This document shows, one piece after another, positions 58,326 through 64,000 of a stretch of DNA of 64,000 bases. This stretch comes from Zygnema circumcarinatum SAG 698-1b (taxonomy: Eukaryota > Plantae > Zygnematophyceae), in assembly GCA_037447605.1 (NCBI GenBank), contig CM074811.1, positions 2,604,001-2,668,000 of the forward strand, written 5' to 3'. The translations under genes and the position numbers were made by a program. The notes under the pieces were generated by a model. It did not search any database and was not told the origin of the DNA. It saw nothing but the letters and a program-made list of their open reading frames with translations. Positions within the stretch are counted from its first letter, which is position 1; every line of letters starts with the position of its first letter.

Positions 58326-61205
58326 TCAGCTTTTCTCAGGCACCTCTGCCTCTTCCCCTCCTGCTTTGCTTTGCCTGCCAACTTCAATGAGTCTGTGGGG
58401 CGTCAGCTTCGTGGCCCGCCTCTTCCTCCCGCTGAAGGAGCTCGCCCTCGCCAGAACTCTCCGCATGGCTCCATCCATCTCCTTCACTATCACTGTCAAG
58501 TTGCACCGAGCACGCTCCCGAATCCCCGACTTCCCTCGGCCATGAGGGAAGTTGTGCTTTATGAAGCGATCCTTCCCAACAAACGCCTCAGCTGCACATA
58601 CCCGAGCAAGCCGTTGGTAAGCAGACTTCTGTATATCCATGGGCGTGTACTAGTTCAACCCTAAGAAGGACATGTTCGTGGGAACCACAACGGGCGATTC
58701 AAAGCCAAACAAACCACAGCAGCGATTTAATTAGGTTGTTGAGAGGTAATGTTATTCCAACCTCCAAAAATACGTTGACAACTGGAATAACAACGAGCAG
58801 AGGATGGTGCGAGTCCATGCATCGTGACATGCAGAATGAAGAATGAGAGGGCTGCAAACGCTCTCAGAATGCCTCACCCACAAACAGCTCGGATGACTTC
58901 AAACCGTGGTTTTGCACCCCATTAGCTGCGGCAGCCTTCACGAGCTGCACCACCACATGGCAGAAACTTTAGACCTTTGAGTTTAAGATTTTATTGAGCT
59001 ACATAGAAAGTTCAAGTTCAACAATCACAAGACGAACAGAGAGAGAGAGAGAGAAGACAGAGGCCGTAAAGGCAGCTACAGCTAGGAAGTAGGAATGAAA
59101 AGAGTATCAAAATCTCTGCCAAGTAAGCATCCTTCGTCACACTTACCTTGGCCACAGTTTTGGCTGCTCGCTTTGTAGATACCTCCATTTGAATCAAAGC
59201 ATCTTCCACACGCATTCCACGAACAAGCGAAGCCACGAGGTTGACCTTCTTGGGACTCTGCCAGTAAGGATACACAGCATTGCACGGGAAAGCTTGATGA
59301 TGGTTCTCAAGGACTTTCAAAAACTGAAGTATCAAACAAGACTAAGTCGGTACTCATTCAGCAGCAACCTTCTACATGAGACAGGGTAGCAACGGTAGCT
59401 TTAAGATCCCGGTATTTGATAGATGCGTGGATACAACCATAAGACAAATGATCCTGAGATGTCCCTCCATGGCGAAGTAGTGAATGCCACACCTGCTTAA
59501 TCCCCGGCAGTCTCGCTCTGCCAATTCCCGGCCCAACTTTTGATGGCTGTGGCAACGAAGAGCTGGATGCTGCTAGACTGGAGGCTGCTGACTCAGCAGC
59601 TGCAAGTACACCGCCCCATGGTGCAGCCGCACCTGTCGTGATGGCCTGCAAAATGCAGGGCACCAAACTTGAACTAGATGCGATCGACTCACATAAAAGA
59701 CAATTAGAATATTTGCAGGTTTTGTTCGCAATAATGTAGCTACCGAGGAGAGTTCATCACAATCCTCTGATGCTGAGAACAAATAGCTGAAGAGTGCATG
59801 AAGCCAGTTGCACTGTTGAACTTAAGAGAACAAGCTACAACAATTTAAGGTCGATGCTGAACAAGTGGATTGCTATAAAGCTGATTTCTCCAATTTCATA
59901 TGAATGGGAAACTCTAGCCACCATAGCAGATTCATTGACGTACATTACACAATACATGAGAATGGGAAGAACTATGGAGCACACAAGAACCAATTTTGTG
60001 TACTTTAGGCATTTGTATTGAACCAAACTATTCAAGAATATTAGAAGGCCCGGATCATATTTGAAGGAGCATTGCAAGGTAATTACTCGAAGGTCGAATA
60101 ATGTGGCCATATCCAGGCATTTGCCTCTATCTTGGCCATGTTATTTCAAAACCACGGAGTCAATACTTAAGCCCTTCTAGACCCTAGATAGCCAAGACAG
60201 GATGCTTTCATTCTACACTGTAGCTGCCAAAGTGCAATTGCTAAATGCTTAGCTTTTGGTTGACGAGGTGACATGAAATGTACGGCTAAGCTGCCTGCTT
60301 ACCCGTTGTTGCCATCCCAAGGCAGCGCCAAGACGGCTGTGCCCGAGGTCATAAGGGCTCCAGATCGAGTGCACGGCTCCTGAATTCCTTTTACCTGCAA
60401 GCCGAGGCGAAAAGAAGATTCAATAATGGGAGGAAACTTTAACTGATAGTCTCTTGGAGGATTCCAAAAAAGTTCGAGTGTGAGTGAGAAGTCGACTATA
60501 CCACAGGCAAATCCCGAAAGAAAATAAGACTACCTTAGGGCATCACTTTACTCATGCAAGAGAAGAAGTGAGTAAAGGACTTTAGGTTGGCGACGGGAAT
60601 AGAGGTTACGCCTCCCACGGCTAAAATCATGACAAAGTGTACCTACATTGTCAAGGAGACAGTGAGCTAAACGAGGAAATTCCCTTTGCTCAAACTATTA
60701 CTTGCTACTACTACTACAACTACTACTTCCTCACTACTAACTACTAGCTTTCAACGCCCCCTCTTAAGCTTCCAACCCTCAAATCCTGAAATCTCATTTG
60801 CCTTATCAGCTAAAAAAAAAAATGAATGAATTGAGTACGAGAAAAATGGGAGCAAAGGCAAAGCATGGAGAGAGGAACGGCGCTGAGGGAGACAGAATCT
60901 GCGGATGGGGAACAAAGTTTAAAGGAATGGGAGAACAAAACGTTTCAGCTTCTCAGTAGCTCTACTCCCTTGGCTCCTTCTGCTCCTTCCAGCTCACCGC
61001 AACCCGACAATTTCTGAACAAAATGTCAAAGAAGCGTACCAAGCAGCAGAGGAAGCTCCTTCCCGCTCTCCCTCTCCTGGACAAGCAAAGTGTGGAGACC
61101 CGTCCTCACGCAACCCGCCAAGAGCTGCGGATGCTCTCCATGGTTCCTGCGCCATAGCTGCTTCTGCGCATGCGCAGCCACGCGCAGCCAATTCATCCCC
61201 GGCAT
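58326..61205 (-). CDS. RPL22: Mitochondrial 50S ribosomal protein uL22, 6 exons
   Basis: Presequence-like exon 61205-~61035, then ~60395-60302, ~59647-59492 (RARLPGIKQ), ~59261-59187 (SPKKVNLVASLVRGMRVEDALIQM), ~58947-58878 (AAANGVQNHGL), ~58589-58326 (AEAFVGK...HGRGKSGI...NLTVIVKE). Confidence 0.9.
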
Positions 61206-61366
61206 GCCACTACCTTGCACCGCAAACCCTAATATCCCCACAGCACGACAGGAGATGCAGGATGCTGCTGAAGATAATCAAAATTTGTATCCTGTAACGC
61301 TCTGCATGCCCGCAAGAAAAATCAGACGCTAACCGTAAACCATAATCCTGACCCCAAAAGCCTGGC

Positions 61367-61425
61367 CCCTAACCTAACCCTAACCCTAACTCTAACCCTA
61401 TCCCAAACCCTAACCCTGACCCTAA
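61367..61425. repeat. Degenerate (CCCTAA)~10 telomere-type repeat in the uL22/MED11 bidirectional promoter
   Basis: CCCTAA CCTAA CCCTAA CCCTAA CTCTAA CCCTAT CCCAAA CCCTAA CCCTGA CCCTAA. Confidence 0.85.
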
Positions 61426-61732
61426 CGCTAATTTTCCTCCCCTTCACGGCACCGCACAAGGCTTTTCTGCATTGGGGGCTCACTGCACAGCCAGCCGTGG
61501 TCAAGCTCCTCCAATGAAAACTCGCCACGAGAAAAAAAGTCTGACGTGGCGGTTCGCCATTGGATGATTCTTTAGCCCGTGTCTACCTCGTTTCAACTCG
61601 TCCTGCGACTTCTGTATTTTCGTTTTTGGCCTTCAGGATTGATGTGGAGAGGGCAGCTTCTCTGCATTGTGGTTGAGGAGAGAGGGGGCAGAGGGAGGGA
61701 GGGAGGAGGAGGAGGAGTGAGCTGAGGGAGCC

Positions 61733-62931
61733 ATGGCGGCGGCGCCTTCAGGACCTCCTACCACTTCTCTTGAAAAGCTTCACGCCGTTGAAGAGGTGCG
61801 TGCGGCTCTTCATGGCCTGAATTCTTCCAGATGCTCAGCATGCACAGGCGCACGAAAGAACAAAGAAATCGAATTCGAGGTTTAGCTAGTTACTGAAAGT
61901 ACCAGAAATTACTTGTCATAAGGGATGCCTCCTTTCTCGTCTGTGCTTTAGGGAAGTGCAGCTGACTGTGAGCGAACTTTTGACAGCTTTAGAGGTCATG
62001 CACTTTTCCACAGAGTTCGCATTTTCAGCAGAAAGCTGCTTAAAAAAAAATCGTAATCTGACTAGTGTGGTGTTCGAACATCCATGGCCAGCTCTCTACG
62101 CAGCTTTCGATCTCCCTATCCAAGTAGCTCCTCTAACCTTTCTTCCCCTCTCCTTTCTCTCTCGCTCTCACCCTCTCTCTCTCTCTTCTCCTCTTTCCCT
62201 CTTTCCCCCCCAACCACACATTTACTCAGACATTTCACTGTACTGCTTCTCGTTGGGGTTGGAGACACCTGCAGAGAATAGTGCATGCTGTGGAAGTTGT
62301 TGGTCGTCTCATGGAAGAGCTTGGGAGTGTGGCCGGAGCGCGGCGTGATGCAGCAGACCGGCTCGCAGATGACTTCATGAAGTCCATGCGGGTGCAGCCC
62401 TGGGGCTGGGAAATGTTGGAAGCTGAATCTACGCAGTGCAAACAACCTGCACTTTATTTGAATGGAGGATTGGTGTATGGGATTGACGGGTTCTGTAATA
62501 GGGAATGAGTAACGTCTATGTTGATGCACTTGACTCAAATGAGTGCGGGTAAGGTTTAACTGGCGATTGAACTGCCAAACGAAAGCCCACTATAATAGCA
62601 CCTCTATCGGAAATTAGTGGAGCCCTCTTAAGTGATTCGGCATCGTTTTGACACAGTGGATGACAGGGGGCTCAAATCATTGTTCCTGACCGAAATGTGA
62701 TTATATGGGGCTGGGGTAGTACAGGAGGTACAAGTCATCCTGCGTGAGGAGATTCGAAGCATGTGTGACTACCGACCATACGAACATTCTGACTATGCCC
62801 CTCGCCTGGGCACCGAGGTGAGTGCGCAAATGGTGAGCTGCTCTCTCGGGAGACTGGAGGCCATGCAGGAACTCATTGAAAGGTACAAGGGACTCAGCCA
62901 GATGGTGCAGGAGGATCCCCTCTTGACTTGA
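61733..62931 (+). CDS. MED11: Mediator of RNA polymerase II transcription subunit 11, 128 aa, 3 exons
   Basis: Exons 61733-61795, 62275-62391, 62725-62931 give TSLEKLHAVEERIVHAVEVVGRLMEELGS...DFMKSMREVQVILREEIRSMCDYRPYEHSDY. This matches the recalled plant MED11 pattern TSLQRL..VE.R...MEEL...FM.S...Q..LREEI...C.YRP.E..DY. Confidence 0.9.
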
Positions 62932-63830
62932 GGAGATTCCTGTTTTGCCACCCCTCTCGTCTTTGTACCACTCTGTGAAGGGCTCTTGAGGGTCCTTGGT
63001 ATATGAGAGGTTACGCGCATAAGACAGCACATCTATTGCGTGACAACATTATATTTTTTAACTCCTCGAAGCTGTTGGAAGTTTGGAACTCCGTGCGCTG
63101 CAAACAAAAGTTTTTCCTGCCCTGTTTGGAATTTAAGGGTTTTTCTGAGCAGAGCACCAGCCCAATTTCAATCTGGCTATCGAAAATAAAATGATGACCG
63201 ATTGCAGTTGTTAGCGCGGAAGGCGAGCAGTGATGGTGTGAAGGGGACTGGAGTCAAGTTGATGCGAAAATGGTTGAAATGGGGTCAACGGTCTAAAAGC
63301 AACGAAATTCGCACGCGGCAATTCAACAGTCACGATCTTGTGATTTGTTCACATGGCATATATCCAACAATCAGCAGTCTGACAGTTGAGTTTGACGACA
63401 CACCACGAAAACTGTGAGACTCTGAAGGGGATGCCTTAGGAGACACCTGACAAGTAACAGCAAAGTTCTCCTAGAGAGCTGGAACTGGTTCAATGGCAGA
63501 TTGCTGCAAAATGCCCTTATTCAGAAGCAAGTCTTTAGATTTCGATCTTTAGGACGTCTAAGACAACAACTTTCTTTCCCTCCTGTACAATTGAACGAGC
63601 CCTTCAAAAGACAGATACTGCGGCATGCAAGCAATACGAACTAGGGTCTGTATGGTTCCGATCAGTCGTGCTTCGATAGGCTGCAACTGCCATCCCTCCC
63701 CTCCTCCTACCACTACCATTCCTGTAGTTGTTCCAGGACTATACAAGAGAAAGTTGTGGCATTGACATCACAACGGCGATACCATCAAACCTACATGGTT
63801 ATACCAACTGTTTGACTTACCACATTGCGG

Positions 63831-64000
63831 CTTACCTCTTTCAGAGGCCGGCGAACACGAAGCTCTGTGATGGGTGCTCTCAGCAAAAGTACATCCCCTG
63901 CGAACAAGTTTGGAGCGCCGAGGGCAGAAGAGGCACGGGAGCAGGCCCGCCCCTTGAAGAGGCCTCCCGCCCCGCTTGGCTGCCGCTTGCAGACCCCGTC
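63831..64000 (-). other. Possible exon of a minus-strand gene continuing beyond the window
   Basis: GC-rich stretch open in two frames, ending at a strong GAG|GTAAGC donor near 63830. Product not recognisable. Confidence 0.25.

Noticed and set aside
61733-61860. Initial reading of the last gene as TEL2 because of the adjacent telomere-like repeat
   Set aside because: The spliced product is 128 aa and matches MED11 throughout. TEL2 is far larger.

Overview
Eukaryotic, intron-rich nuclear DNA (GT-AG introns, CT-rich 5' regions, land-plant-type gene families). I infer a streptophyte alga, most resembling Zygnematophyceae such as Closterium. The six-frame ORF track is mostly exon fragments or low-complexity noise, so genes were rebuilt by hand from splice sites. 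Nine well-supported genes: a malectin-like/GDPC/3-LRR receptor kinase (SYMRK/LRR-I architecture, -), an SP1/MUL1-type RING E3 ligase (+), a DUF760 plastid protein (-), a P-class PPR protein (+), a chimeric secreted protein (signal peptide + LRR N-cap exon + bacterial-type V8/trypsin-like serine protease in one long exon, +), an ABC1K6-like kinase with an intronless CDS (-), a kinase-less receptor-like protein with two tandem malectin-like domains (-), mitochondrial uL22 (-) and Mediator subunit 11 (+). Intergenic DNA holds TE islands: two MULE derivatives with TSDs, a self-nested pogo/Tc1-mariner-like TIR cluster, a foldback element, MITEs, a Ty1/copia remnant and an unclassified ~100-bp dispersed repeat. 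The most striking item is the LRR-cap/protease fusion gene, whose cap exon ends at the same phase-2 splice position as the cap exons of both receptor genes in the window. No rRNA, tRNA or CRISPR array was recognised. Exon coordinates marked ~ are approximate.
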